A stretch of 64,000 bases of DNA, taken from assembly GCA_030390025.1 (NCBI GenBank), contig CM059432.1, forward strand, positions 16,494,001 through 16,558,000, written 5' to 3'. Position numbers and translations under genes: made by a program. How positions within the stretch are numbered: position 1 is the stretch's first letter; the number at the start of each line of letters is the position of its first letter. The stretch is from Squalus acanthias (taxonomy: Eukaryota). Shown piece after piece: positions 1 to 12,431 of this stretch. The notes beneath the pieces were generated by a model. The model was not told where the DNA came from and did not search any database. It worked only from the letters and a program-made list of their open reading frames with translations.

Positions 1-340
1 ACTATTAAAATGTTTTCTGCACTTTTTTTTTTGAGCAGCTCCAGCGGTCTCTCTTTGTAGCACTGAAAACGTGCTAAAGACCGAAGACGTGGAACAACTG
101 GGCGGAGCATGCACGGTGCAAGCTCCGCCCCATTTGCAGACCAATTTCGACTGGTGTTCTAGAACCGGCGTTATGTTCCTGATTTGCATATGTCAGGCAC
201 CTAATGCTTGTTACAGGCGAGCGCCTTGCACACCTACAAGTCGCTGGCTTTGAATTTGGCTATCGGGAGATCAGGCGCAAGAGATCGCAGTTGTTCATAC
301 TCCCACAAAATGAGCATAATGATGTTAAATTCCTACCCGC
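1..340. mobile_element. End of a GC-rich non-autonomous DNA transposon (Harbinger-type MITE), cut by the window edge
   Basis: Shares motifs with the 36426-37707 element (cctaatgcttgttacaggcg versus cctaacgcctgtttacggcg). Ends aaattcctacccgc followed by taa. Confidence 0.4.
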
Positions 341-754
341 TAAATTTCTGTGAGGATGGAGACATAATTCAATTGTTTTACTGAGGATAGGAGTTAAGGT
401 ACTTTAAGAAAAAAAAAGGGTAATTTTTTTTCCATATTGTTCACATTTATGTTCCTTGAACCTGCATGAAGATGACTGTGTAACGCTGCTTTTACATTGA
501 ATTTTTGGAGCCTGTGTGACATCCTCTTGGTTGCTGATCCAAAGCAAAAGTGCATTATAAAGCAGGAAACAGGAATGTCTGACTGTATGGAGATGGGTTT
601 GCAGGAGTAAAGTTGCATATGGGCTACAGTATAAAAGGTGATAACCCTGCCAAAAAATGTAATTCTTTAAGTGAAGCAAACTCGTTCACATTTCTAAATG
701 ACACACTAGTTAGCTCTTTTAATTCATTAAACTGCGTTAGCTGCCACTGCTATG

Positions 755-1010
755 CAGTACTAAGGGAGTGCTGAATTGTCAGAGATGCTGTCGTTTAGAT
801 GAGATCTTCAACCAAGGCCCTGTCCACCCATTTAGGTGGATTTAAAGAATGCTTGATACTATTTGGAGAGAAGCAGGGAGTTCTCCAAGTGCCATTCATT
901 CCTCAATCAACGTCACAAAAATAATTTAATTGATCATTCATCTCATTTGCTTTTGGTGGAACCTTAATGTCCACAAATGTCCTGCTGTGTTTGCCTACAT
1001 AACAACAGTT
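755..1010 (+). mobile_element. DeuSINE (SacSINE1-like) fragment
   Basis: Diverged reverse complement of the 60408-60860 copy (gcagtactaagggagtgctg...gatgagat...aaccaaggccctgtc). Confidence 0.65.
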
Positions 1011-1019
1011 CTAAAATAA

Positions 1020-2651
1020 TTAAATATTGCTATCGGGGGGAGGAGTGTGACATATTCGATGAAATAAACATAGTGAGAGAGGAAGTATTAAGGGGTTTAG
1101 CAACTTTAAAAGTGGATAAATCCCCAGGCCCGGATGAAATGTATCCCAGGCTGTTAAGCGAAGCAAAAGAGGAAATAGCAGAGGCCCTGACCATCATTTT
1201 TCAATCCTCTCTGGCTTCAGGTGTGGTGCCGGAGGACTGCTAATATGGTACCCTTGTTTAAAAAGGGAGAAAAGGATAGACTGAGTAATTACAGGCCAGT
1301 CAGCCTCGGTGGTGGGAAAATTATTGGAAAGAATTCTGAAGGACAGGATAAATCTTCATTTAGAAAGACACGGATTAATCAAGGACAGTCAGCACGGATT
1401 TGTTAAGGGAAGCTCGTGTCTGACAAACTTGATTGAATTTTTTGAGGAGGTAACAAGGAGGGTAGATGAGGGTAGTGCGTTTGATGTAGTGTATATGGAC
1501 TTTAGCAAGGCTTTTGATAAGGTTCCACATGGAAGACTGGTCTCGAAGTTAAAAGCCCATGGGATCCAGGGCAAAGTGTCAAGTTGGATTCAAAACTGGC
1601 TCGGAGACAGGAAGCAGAGGGTAATGGTTGATGGGTGTTTTTGTGACTGGAAGGCTGTTTCCAGTGGGGTTCCGCAGGGCTCAATACTAGGTCCCTTGCT
1701 TTTTGTGGAATATATCAATGATCTAGACTTGAATATAGGGGGTATGATTAAGAAGTTTGCAGATGATACTAAAATCGGCTGTGTAGTTGATACTGAAGGA
1801 AGGAAGCTGTAGACTGCAGGAAGATATCAATAAATTGGTCAGGTGGACAGAACAGTGGCAAATGGAATTCAATCCGGAGAAGTGTGAGGTAATGCATTTG
1901 GGGAGGGCTAACAATGAAAGGGAACACACATTAAATGGTAGGACACTGAATAGTGTAGAGGAACAAAGGGACCTTGGAGTGCATGTCCACAGATCCCTGA
2001 AGGTAGCAGGCCAGGTAATAAGGGATACGGAATGCTTGCCTTTATTAGCCGTGGCATAGAATACAAGAGCAGGGGGGGTTATGCTTCAACTGTATAAAAC
2101 ACTAGTTAGGCGTGCAGTTCTGGTCACCACATTACAGGAAAGATGTGATTGCACTAGAGAGGGTACAGAGGAGATTTACATGGATGTTGCCCGGAGTAGA
2201 GAATCTTAGCTATGAGGAAAGACTGGATAGGCTGGGTCAATTTTCCTTGGAACGGAGGAGGCTGAGGAGAGACCTTATTGAGGTGTATAAAATTATGAGG
2301 GGCATAGATAAAATGGATAGAAAGGACCCATTTCCCTTAGCAGAGGGGTCAAAAACCAGGGGGCACAGAGTTAAAGTAATTGGTGGAAGGTTTAGAGGGG
2401 AATTGAGGGGAAATTTCTTCACCCAGAGGGTTGTGGGGGTCTGAAACTCGCTGCCTGAAAGGGTGATAGAGGCAGGAACCCTAACCACATTTAAAAAGTA
2501 CCTGGATGTGCACTTGGGATGCGCTAACCTGCAGGGCTACGGACCAAGAGCTGGGAAGTGGGATTAGGCTGGATAGCTCTTTGTTGGCTGGCGCGGACAC
2601 GATGGGCCGAAATAGCCTCCTTCCGTGCTGTAACTTTCTATGATTCTATGA
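1020..2651 (+). mobile_element. CR1-clade LINE, 5'-truncated, decayed RT and 3' UTR
   Basis: ORF fragments KSPGPDEMYPRLL, YMDFSKAFDKVPH, GVPQGSILGP, KFADDTK, FWSPHYRKD. Ends in a TTCTATGA tandem tail. Confidence 0.93.
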
Positions 2652-5239
2652 AATAGATACGAAGTACTCTTAGATGTTCAAAGACATTATGAGATCCTAT
2701 ATAAATACAAGCTCTTCTTTTCTGGAGTAATCTTTACATGTATTTGAATAGGTATGTGAATCTCTGGCTTCCTCAACTTCACTGCAATACCAGTGGACAG
2801 AGTAAATGTAGCTTTGCACTTGCATTGCTGTGACTCAGTGCAGTACAAGGGTGACCTAAATATTGCCAACAAAAGCTCACTTAAAACTCCAAAGTTATCA
2901 GACTATTTCAATGAAAGCCCTTAAGCAATAAGAAAACTTCTACCAATCTGTGCAATAACCTACGAAGCAATTATATATTAACACTCTCCTCACGCCACAC
3001 CCATTTGCCCTGCAGTGTCAGCTTCAGTATTCTGTGCATGAATAAGTGGTCAGCATTGCTGTGTCAAATGAACTTCTGACAATAAAACATGGTCAAAGGC
3101 AGTGTCACTAACTTTTAGTCTCCAATGCAATTTACTAGTCAGTTGGTTTCTGTATTTCCAATATTCTGGGTTGCAGGAGTATTTGCTGCCCAAGATTATA
3201 ATCCAGTTATGGTAAAGTAGGATTAGCCCTATCTTTGAACTCACAACAGCACATTCAACTGCAACAGATGACATCTCAAAAGTTGTAATAGTTGCACTAG
3301 GACTTTACTATAAGAAACTATTTTGTGACTGGAGTGGTCAAGAGAGCCCAATGTACTGTTCAGAGTGGCAGGATACCAACATTTTAAGTAATTTTTTGGC
3401 ATGTCTGACACACACAGAAAACACATCCAAATAAAATAAATGCTTGATGCGGAGTACGCACTATTTCCCCATATAGAAATAGCCTACATGTCAGAGTCCA
3501 ATTCAGGTCCAGATTAGCTGAGAGCTGAGGCTTAGGGAGTCCCAAGTGTGTATAAGGACACTGTTAGACTTTAACCAGCTAAATCAATAGAGCGCATTCG
3601 TGCAAAGTACTGTAAGCTTCCTGCCGCATGTCCAGCTGGGACCATCTTACCCCTTAGGACATTGGCTTGCAGGTTTATCTGAAGCAAAGTGGGAGGAATC
3701 CTGGCCCTCCACTGACAGGTCCACCCTGGCAGATTCAATAGTGAGCTTACTTATATGTTTAACTGTCATCAAAAAGAAATTATCTTTAATTATTTGAATC
3801 TTGTATCCAGAAACAGAGAAATGCTTAGAGTCAGTTATAGAGTGACAGAACGATAAATTTGCAAAAAATTGTACACATTTTCTTTAAAATTAGACATTTA
3901 GCTCCAGTTTTATGAAACATATCGATAGATGGTAAGTTTTTGCAGCAGCAGCATTTATGCGGTTATGTTTTATCCCATTATCAACAAACTTCTCCCCAAT
4001 TCAGAACACTCTTCCAGCCAGTTGCGACCACACATTCCAGACACAAGACAACATCTTATTTTGCCAAGATAACTTGTCAGCATAGTTGCTTTTCTGGCAG
4101 TGACATTTCCAAATAGGGAGAAGTTGGGCATAATTAATCTTCCATTGACGTTTCAAGTTTTGCTCGCCAATCTAGCATTTCTAGATTGCATTTACAGTCA
4201 TGAGAAAAATAAGTTAGAACTCGTTTAATTATTGTTGCTGTGTTTATAAAACCATAAATTGAAAGTCATTATCTTTCGTTTCACCCAATTTGGAGATGGC
4301 AGTGATACAGGTAAGAAATAAGATTTTATATATTAGAAGCCAGGTAAAAAAAAAAGGATGAAAATCTCACAAAAGGGAAGGGGTGCTTTAATAAGTATTT
4401 ACAGATGCTTTGAGGGACTATAATTTTTGAAGATATTTCTCAACCTATTTTCCAGGCATAATTCCAAAACCCATAAAGGTCTATGTGTAATTTTTAGTTT
4501 GGCAGCTACAATATATACAGAAAAGATTGGGTTATTAAAAAAAAAACGTTTCAATACTAGGTAACTCTGACCAGTAACACTCAATGCACCCTGTTAGAAA
4601 GAACCACTTCTCAACAAGATACAGTCTGGTCTTTACTCTAATACAATATTTTGTTTTAACAAATAAGGTAAAATAAAACTCACGACCTTCCAATCCTCCC
4701 CTAATCCCACCTTCAATATAAACTCCCCCAACCCTGGCCACCTGCAACCTCCCTTTTTGTGTGGCCTCTCAACAACAACAATCTTTTATATATTGCCTTT
4801 AATGTAGAAAAACGTTGCAATGTGCAGATGTAGGTCAGCAGATCCACAGTCTCAATTTCTGACTACGATACCTCTGACCCCTTCCTTGTCTCCCTTACCA
4901 CCCATCATCTATCTCCGACAATCAAACTACTTTTATTATTCACCCATAGAAAAAGCTCTTCCCAGGACCTTTACAACCTCACTCTCAAATCTCCCAGCTC
5001 TGGCCTTCCATGTTGATGCACTGAACTGCAGTCTCGCGTCAATCATCGATGTTCTTATTACCAGCAAAACGATCAAAGTCACTTACCCTTGCTGTTTCCC
5101 TTGGTATAACCATCACCTATGCTCCTTCGAGTCTGAAGGGCATAAATTTGAGCATACCAGTCTACAACTGCCCAAACCATCCAATATGGTTTGCTCTTCT
5201 CAGCTAAAACTACCCAATACTCCAGATCATCCTGGAGGG

Positions 5240-5504
5240 TGTGGCGGATCGCCACCTAAAACGGGCATAATCCACTCTTCCGTCTGTGGACAAACTTCCA
5301 GCACCTTCCCCTTTAAGGCACATTACCTTTAAGGCAGAAGGGGGCGGGGCCTCAGGTTTTACCCAGAGAATTCTGCGAGTTTTTTTCCAGAGAATTCTGG
5401 GAGCAGCTCTCTCAGCCATTTTGTGTGCCATGCAGTGAATTAAAGTTTTCTTGTTTTCCACATATGGATTCAGCCTCCATTCGTGTTTCGCGGCAGCCTC
5501 AACA
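5240..5504 (+). repeat. 5' LTR
   Basis: TG...CA termini (TGTGGCGG...CTCAACA), 265 bp, direct repeat of 9375-9640. Confidence 0.95.
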
Positions 5505-5505
5505 T

Positions 5506-5519
5506 TGGTGACCCCGACG
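5506..5519 (+). promoter_or_regulatory. Primer-binding site, tRNA-Trp
   Basis: TGGTGACCCCGACG directly after the 5' LTR, complementary to the 3' end of tRNA-Trp (...CGUCGGGGUCACCA). Confidence 0.9.
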
Positions 5520-5544
5520 CTCAGAACATATTCCGAGCACTGCA

Positions 5545-8500
5545 ATGGCGGACACGAACGCAGTTTCCGTGAAACTGCCGGAGTTTTGGGAAAACCAGCC
5601 CGAAGCCTGGTTTCTCCAAGCTGAATCTCGCTTCCGGCTGCGAAATATCACCAGAGATGGGATGAAGTATGACTATTTCGTCACATCACTCAGTAGCGCC
5701 GCAGTTTCCAAGGTTTGGACAACGCTGCAGAACCCACCAGAGGAAGGCAAGTACGCACATCTCAGAACAGCGCTCCTTAAAAAATTTACGGCCTCGGCAT
5801 ATCAGCAAAACTGCCACCTCCTCGACCTTCCAGGCCTCGGTGATGGCTCACCATCAGACCTCCTCTCCCACATGCTCTCCCTCACCGACGAGAGCCCACC
5901 CGGATCCCTCTCCCGCACGCTGTTCAGCCGCCAGCTCCCTCTCAGCATCCGCCCAGCGATCGTGGCGTCCGTCCTCACGAACCTGGAAGCCCTGGCCGAT
6001 GAGGCCGACAAGCTGCTGTCCGCTCACTCCAGCCGCGACGTCACTCCGGACCTGGCAGCCAATGCCTGGGCACGCCCCTCACCATCCAGCACACGGCCAC
6101 AAGGGCCTGTCACCAGGCCCACGGGGCCTTCACGCCCCACTAACCCGGGCCACTGTTACGACCACGCACGGTTCAGCGCCAGGGCACAACGGTGCACACC
6201 TCCCTGCTCTTTCAAGTCCGCCCCCGTGCCAGCCCCCGCGATGGCCGTGGGCCAAGCGGGCTCCCTACTGTTCGTCACGGATGACAAAACCGGCCGCCGG
6301 TTCCTGTGCAACACTGGGGCTCAGCACAGCATCATCCCGGCCTCCTCCCTCGACATCCAAAAGGGCGAACGAGGACCGGCGCTGGCTGCTGCTAACGGCT
6401 CGGAAATCCGGACGTATGGCACCCGGACAGTCACCCTCGACCTCGCTGGTCACCGCTACCGATGGGAGTTCATCACTGCCAAGGTGCTCTCCCCCCTCAT
6501 CAGCGCAGATTTCCTGTGTGCCCACGGCTTACTGGTAGACATCCCTCATCACCGCCTCGTGGACTTGAACACCATGTCCCCCATCCTGGGCGCCATGGCC
6601 CCCCGTCAACCCGCCGACATGGCGTCACAGTGCCACGCCCGGGCCACGGATGACGACTCGGCACTCCTGGCCGAATTCCCGGCCCTTACCAATCCGACCT
6701 TCTCCGCGGAGGCCGCCAAACACGGGGTGGAACACTTCATCCCCACCACAGGCCCCCCAGTGTACGCCCACGCCCGCAGGCTGGACCCGGCCAAACTGGA
6801 GATCGCGCGGACCGAGTTTGCCACCATGGAACAGCTCGGCATCATCCGCCGCTCCAACAGTCCCTGGGCCTCCCCACTCCACATCGCCCCCAAACCAGGC
6901 GGAGGTTGGCGCCCCTGCGGGGATTACCGGCGCCTCAATGACGCCACCACCCCTGATCGGTACCCCGTGCCGCACATTCAGGACTTCTCGGCTAGACTGG
7001 CCGGCCGCTCAGTCTTTTCCAAGGTCGACCTGGTGCGCGGCTACCACCAAGTCCCCGTCCACCCCGCGGACGTCCCCAAGACGGCCGTAATCACCCCCTT
7101 CGGCCTATTCGAGTTCCTGCGGATGCCCTTCGGCCTCAAAAACGCGGCCCAGGCATTCCAACGGCTCATGGACTCGGTCCTTCGGGACCTGAAGTTCCTG
7201 TTCGTCTACCTGGACGACATCCTGGTAGCCAGTTCCTCCAAGCAGGAACACCTCGAACACCTTCGCATCCTGTTCGGGCGCCTCAGCGACCACGGGCTCA
7301 TCCTCAGCCCAGCCAAATGCCAGTTCGGCCTGGACAAGATCGACTTCCTAGGCCACCACATCACCCATGCTGGGGCCATTCCCCTGCCCACCAAGGTGCA
7401 GGCCATCCAACAATTTCCCCGCCCCACCACCATCAAAGGCCTCCAGGAGTTCCTCGGGATGGTGAATTTCTATAACCGCTTCATCCCCAAAGCGGCGTCC
7501 CTCATGAGGCCCCTGTATGAAGCCCTCCGGGGCAGGAGCGGCAAGATGGCGGTCGAATGGACGGCAGACGCGTCCGCCACCTTCGATTCCACCAAGACCG
7601 CGCTCGCCAACGCCACCCTGCTCGCGCACCCACGGCCCAATGCCAGGGTAGCGCTCACCACGGACGCCTCCGACCACGCGGTCGGCGCCGTGTATGAGCA
7701 GTGGGTCGACGGCGCCTGGCAACCACTTGCCTTCTTCAGCCGCCAACTACGCCCCTCGGAGGTCAAGTACAGCACCTTCGACCGCGAGCTCCTCGCGCTG
7801 TTTCTGGCGGTCCGCCATTTCCGGTTTTTGCTTGAGGGCCACCCCTTCACTGCGTTTGTCGACCACAAGCCCCTGACATTCGCAATGGCAAAGACAACCG
7901 ACCCCTGGTCCGCCAGACAGCAGCGCCAGCTCGCGGCAGTGTCCGAGTTCACCACGGACATCCAACACGTCTCCGGCCGAGACAATGTGGTAGCCGACTG
8001 CCTCTCCCGCCCCGCCATCCACGCCGCACACCTAGCAGTCGACTACGCTCAACTCGCAGCAGACCAGATCACCGACCCTGATCTGCTCTCCGCACCCACC
8101 AACCTACCAGGGCTACGCCTGGCCGACGTCGCCTGTGGCCCGACCGCAGTCACGGTCAAGTGCGACATATCCCTATGTCAACCTCGGCCCGTCGTCCCAG
8201 CGTCCTGCGCCGCGGATATTCGACATTCTCCACAACCTCTCCCACCCCGGCGCCCGCGCATCCATCAAATTGGTAGCCAACCGCTTTGTCTGGTGCGGCC
8301 TTCGCAAGGATGTGCGTACTTGGGCCAACTCCTGCCTAGCCTGCCAATGGGCCAAGGTACAGCAACACACGAAAGCACCCCTCGAGGAGTTTACCGTCCC
8401 CTCGCGGAGATTCGACCACATCCACGTGGACATCGTCGGGCCCCTGCCGCCGTTGCAAGGCCACACGCACTTGCTGACCATCGTTGACCGCACCACACGC

Positions 8501-9354
8501 TGGCCTGAGGCAATTCCACTGACCTCTACCACCACCGCCGACATCGCCAGAGCCTTCGTCAGCACCTGGGTCGCACAGTTCGGCGTCCCCTCCGACATGA
8601 CGTCGGACAGAGGTCCGCAATTTACCTCTGAACTCAGGACCGCCGTCGCACGCAATCTCGGGGTGACCATTCACTGCACCACAGCGTACCACCCCCAAGC
8701 CAACGGACTGTGTGAGCGGTTCCACAGATCCTTGAAGGCATCTCTTCGAGCCAGCCTCCAAGACGGCGCCTGGACCGACCGACTTCCGTGGGTCTTCCTC
8801 GGCCTGCGCACCGCGGTTAAAGAAGACCTCCACGCATCGGCAGCAGAGCTCGTGTACGGTCAGCCGCTGCGCGTTCCCGGCGAGTTCCTGCCCACCGCCA
8901 CGACACCCTGGTCAGCCGACCAGCAACGCCACGACTTCGCCTCACCGGCGCTGCAGTTCGCCCCGGTGCCCATTGCCCGACACGGCGAATCCACCTCACA
9001 CGTCCCACTAAGCCTGCACCAGGCACGGTTTGTTTTCGTCTGGCACGACGCCCACCGCGGACCCCTTCAACCCCCGTACGACGGGCCCTACAAGGTGCTA
9101 CAGGCTGGGGACAAATTTTTCACCCTGCAAGTGGGCGACAGGACCGAAAAAGTGTCGGTGGACCGACTCAAGCCAGCACACTCGGAGCCCGGGGAGCAGG
9201 TCCTGTAGCTCGTCCACCTCCACGCGGCCGACCTGCCCTCAAGCCGGTTCACCCAGCTGCTCCACGCCCGGCCGTTCCACGTCCACTGGCGTCCTACAAG
9301 AGCCGCTCCGGCCGGCCCATCAGACTGCCGCACCGTCTCGTCCACACCTCCTAA
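5545..9354 (+). pseudogene. Gypsy gag-pol polyprotein with two frameshifts (about 8203-8215 and about 9204)
   Basis: Gag KLPEFW..PEAWF and CYDHARF..AQRCTPPC knuckle; protease FLCNTGA (catalytic D to N); RT CGDYRRLN, MPFGLKNA, YLDD; RNase H TDASD, YSTFDRELLA. Integrase in ORF 8135-9208 (HNLSHPG..CLAC, HVDIVGPLP, SDRGPQF, NGLCERFH, YDGPY). C-terminal tail returns to the first frame and stops at 9354. Confidence 0.93.
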
Positions 9355-9374
9355 GCGGATTCTGGGGGGAGCTG

Positions 9375-9640
9375 TGTGGCGGATCGCCACCTAAAACAGG
9401 GCATAATCCACTCTTCCGTCTGTGGACAAACTTCCAGCACCTTCCCCTTTAAGGCACATTACCTTTAAGGCAGAAGGGGGCGGGGCCTCAGGTTTTACCC
9501 AGAGAATTCTGGGAGTTTTTTTCCAGAGAATTCTGGGAGCAGCTCTCTCAGCCATTTTGTGTGCCATGCAGTGAATTAAAGTTTTCTTGTTGTCCACATA
9601 TGGATTCAGCCTCCATTCGTGTTTCGCGGCAGCCTGAATA
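9375..9640 (+). repeat. 3' LTR, preceded by polypurine tract at 9364-9371
   Basis: 266 bp. By eye it differs from the 5' LTR by 4 substitutions and a 1-bp indel. The terminal CA has mutated to TA. Confidence 0.95.
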
Positions 9641-9899
9641 AGGGTAGAGATAATCCCAGTCTCCTTTTTCTATGACAATTTTGTTAAAAGCCTTCTTCCT
9701 GTCACTTTTACCCTCACCTCAAAAGCAAGTGCAAGGAGCTCATGCATCACTTTGTCATGAAAAGCCTTTCTTTTGCCCACTCTAGCCTGGAATCCTCATC
9801 TCTCTGCAGTTCCTCCCCCATCTCCATCCGCTGCAATACCCACCTCCTGCTTTTTCGGTCCTCTTTTCACTTAACTCCTGATCACCCAATTTCCCCTCC

Positions 9900-10462
9900 T
9901 GACCGTACTCAGGCACTGCTCCACATGTATGCCAAGGACACTCAGCTCTTTCTCTCCACTACATGTCTGACTGCTTTGTGCTGTCAGACATCCAATCTTG
10001 GATGAATCACACTCCAGTTCTTTGTTGGGAAGGCCGAAGCTATCGTCTTCAGTCCCTGCCACAAACTCCACTCCGTTGCCACTGATTCCATTCTCCTCCT
10101 CAGCCACGTCTCAGACGCAACTAAAACTTGCAACCTCGGCATCCTGTTCAACCCTGAGCTTAGCTTCAGACTCCACATCCTTTCCATCGCAAAGAACACT
10201 TATTCCACAATTACTTCCACCTCCTCAACATTGCCCTCCTTCACCCTGATATCAACTGAAATCCTGAAATTCCCTCCCTAAAATTCTCCACCTCCCTTTT
10301 ATCCTTTGAAAAACCTTCTCAAAACCCATCTCTTTAACCAAGCTCTTGGCAGCCCTTCCCAACCTATTCCCTTCTGGTTCAATGTCTGTTTTAGTTCATT
10401 AAAGCTGTCTGTGAGCACCTTGGAATTTTCTTTCAAAGACATTTTATAAAGGCAAGCTGTTG
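9900..10462 (+). mobile_element. Old L2-type LINE fragments (host of the Gypsy insertion)
   Basis: HMYAKDTQLFLS (decayed YADD) and a 3' end like the L2 at 34575-35190 (aaaacccatctctttaaccaagc...gctgttgttg). Confidence 0.65.
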
Positions 10463-11284
10463 TTGCGGACAATGCTGGATAATTTAGGTGACCGGTTCCT
10501 AGGACTGGAATTTCTAAGAAGCAAATCTGAGTTACCATCTAATTTTGTGTTTCTAGTTCCAGGGACGTGCTTAACCTCTGCTAGGCAATGCTTCCTAACC
10601 ACGAACAGCACAGCTGAGATCAGGAACAAGCTGCGTGGGAATATGTGGTAACGAATCTGCAGCTGTGACACCGTGAATTGGAGAGCACACTGTACCACCC
10701 AATTCTAATCTTGGCTTTTGGTAAGAAATCATGCATGTAATGTCCTCAGTTCTGTTGGTGACTGAAGTCTTAACTATTCAGTGAATTGAAACCATTAGAA
10801 TCTTCAAACACATTACAGCCACAATTTTTTAAAAAAAAAGGTTTGAATGTTAATATGATTGGAGATTTTTCTTTTTAAGGTCCGGTAATCCAAAGCGCAG
10901 TTAATTTTTGGGGTGAAATTACAACAGAATTGAAGCAACTGATTAAGTAAAAACAGTTCTTCTACTTAAGTAGTGGAGCAGGGATCATAATTTATTTTGA
11001 TCTTAGTTTGAGTAAAAACTCATCTCTTTCATACTGAGTTATAAAAAATTCCCCCTTTTTTTGAAAAATAAAGCATCAAACCTGATAAAAAATAAACTGC
11101 TGATTTGAACCTTCTGTCGGTTTTAGCTGGAAATCAAAAGTCAGTGCAAACATCAACCACCTAAATTTAATATCTTCTGGCACATGAACGAATGAAGGGT
11201 TGCCTGCTATACAAGCCCTGGAGAATGCATTCAGTTTAGGTCACCCTGCCCCTGACTAAATGTGATCCCTCTCTGTGCTGACAA

Positions 11285-11790
11285 CATAGAATCATACAAC
11301 CAAGGAGGCAGCCATTCGGCCCACTGTGCCGGCTCTCTGAAAGACAACTAATTATTCCCACTCTCCTGCTCTTTCCCCATAGCCGTGCAAATATTTCCTT
11401 TTTAAGCACGTATCCAATTCTGTGTTGGAAGTTACAATTGAATCTGCTTCCACCACCCTTTCAGGCACAGTGCATTCCAGATCATAACTTGCTGAGTAAA
11501 AGAAATTCTGGTTACCAACCCTCCTGCCAGTGGATATAGTTTCTCCCTATCTACTCTATCAAACCCGCTCAGATTTTTGAGCACCTCTATAAAATCTCCC
11601 CGTAACCTTCTCTGCTCTAAGGAGAATAATCCCACCTTCTCTAGTCTCTCCACATAATTGAATTTCCTCATCCCCGATACCATTCTGGTAAATCTCCTCT
11701 GCACCCTCTCCAAGGTCTTGACATCCTTTCTAAAGCGTGGTGCCCAGAATCAGACACAATACTCTCGCTGATACCTAACCAAATGATTTA
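11285..11790 (-). mobile_element. CR1 LINE 3' fragment
   Basis: ERVQRRFTRMVSGMRKFNYVERLEKVGLFSLEQRRLRGD, with a catagaatcata tail. Confidence 0.88.
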
Positions 11791-12431
11791 TAAAATGAGG
11801 CTTTATGACAATAAAGAAAGAATGAGGTGGCATAAATTTGTCTTGACCTCACCTCCCAACAAAACTGTCTCTCTTTGGGTAAATCCCACAATAAATAATT
11901 CATCATCACCTAATTAAATATAATACAATAATATAGAAGTTGGTGTCTGGCACGGTTGGCAATACCAAGGTGATTTGAGAACAGAAGTAGATCCAAGAGT
12001 CAGTTTTACATGAGCTTGTGAAACTTAATTGGGTCAGGGATTTATCTAGGCATGCACACCGACTGTTAAAATAACTTAATACCTGTTCCAATTACAGCGG
12101 GTTATTACAGAAACATAAGCATTAACTTCACAAATAAAAAGGGTCAAAATGCAAAAGTGCACAATTTTTTAAAATTACATTTTGTATAATCTTTTGTGGC
12201 TAGCTGTCCCCCAGTTCTATTTAGCTGCCAGGCCTTTATGTCAATCCAGCCGAGAATGGTCGTGTAGCCTGCTCCAAGACCCCACCCACCCATTCAGAGC
12301 CAAGCACCAACACCAATCTTTTTAATAACCTGTTATTTGTATTGATTAATTTCTTTTGGTTCTCTTTCCTAATGTTATGATCGAATCAAAAATTTACAGT
12401 ACAGGAGGAGGCCTTTTGGCCCACTGTACCT

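Larger units (their letters stand above)
5240..9640 (+). mobile_element. Full-length Ty3/Gypsy LTR retrotransposon (CsRn1/Kabuki-like)
   Basis: Near-identical LTRs at 5240-5504 and 9375-9640, 4-bp TSD AGGG (5236-5239, 9641-9644), PBS, polypurine tract and gag-pol in PR-RT-RH-IN order. Confidence 0.97.

Noticed and set aside
5669..8833. Many long overlapping and antisense ORFs inside the Gypsy element (for example 289, 182 and 165 aa)
   Set aside because: Shadow ORFs expected in GC-rich, stop-poor coding DNA. No recognisable domains.
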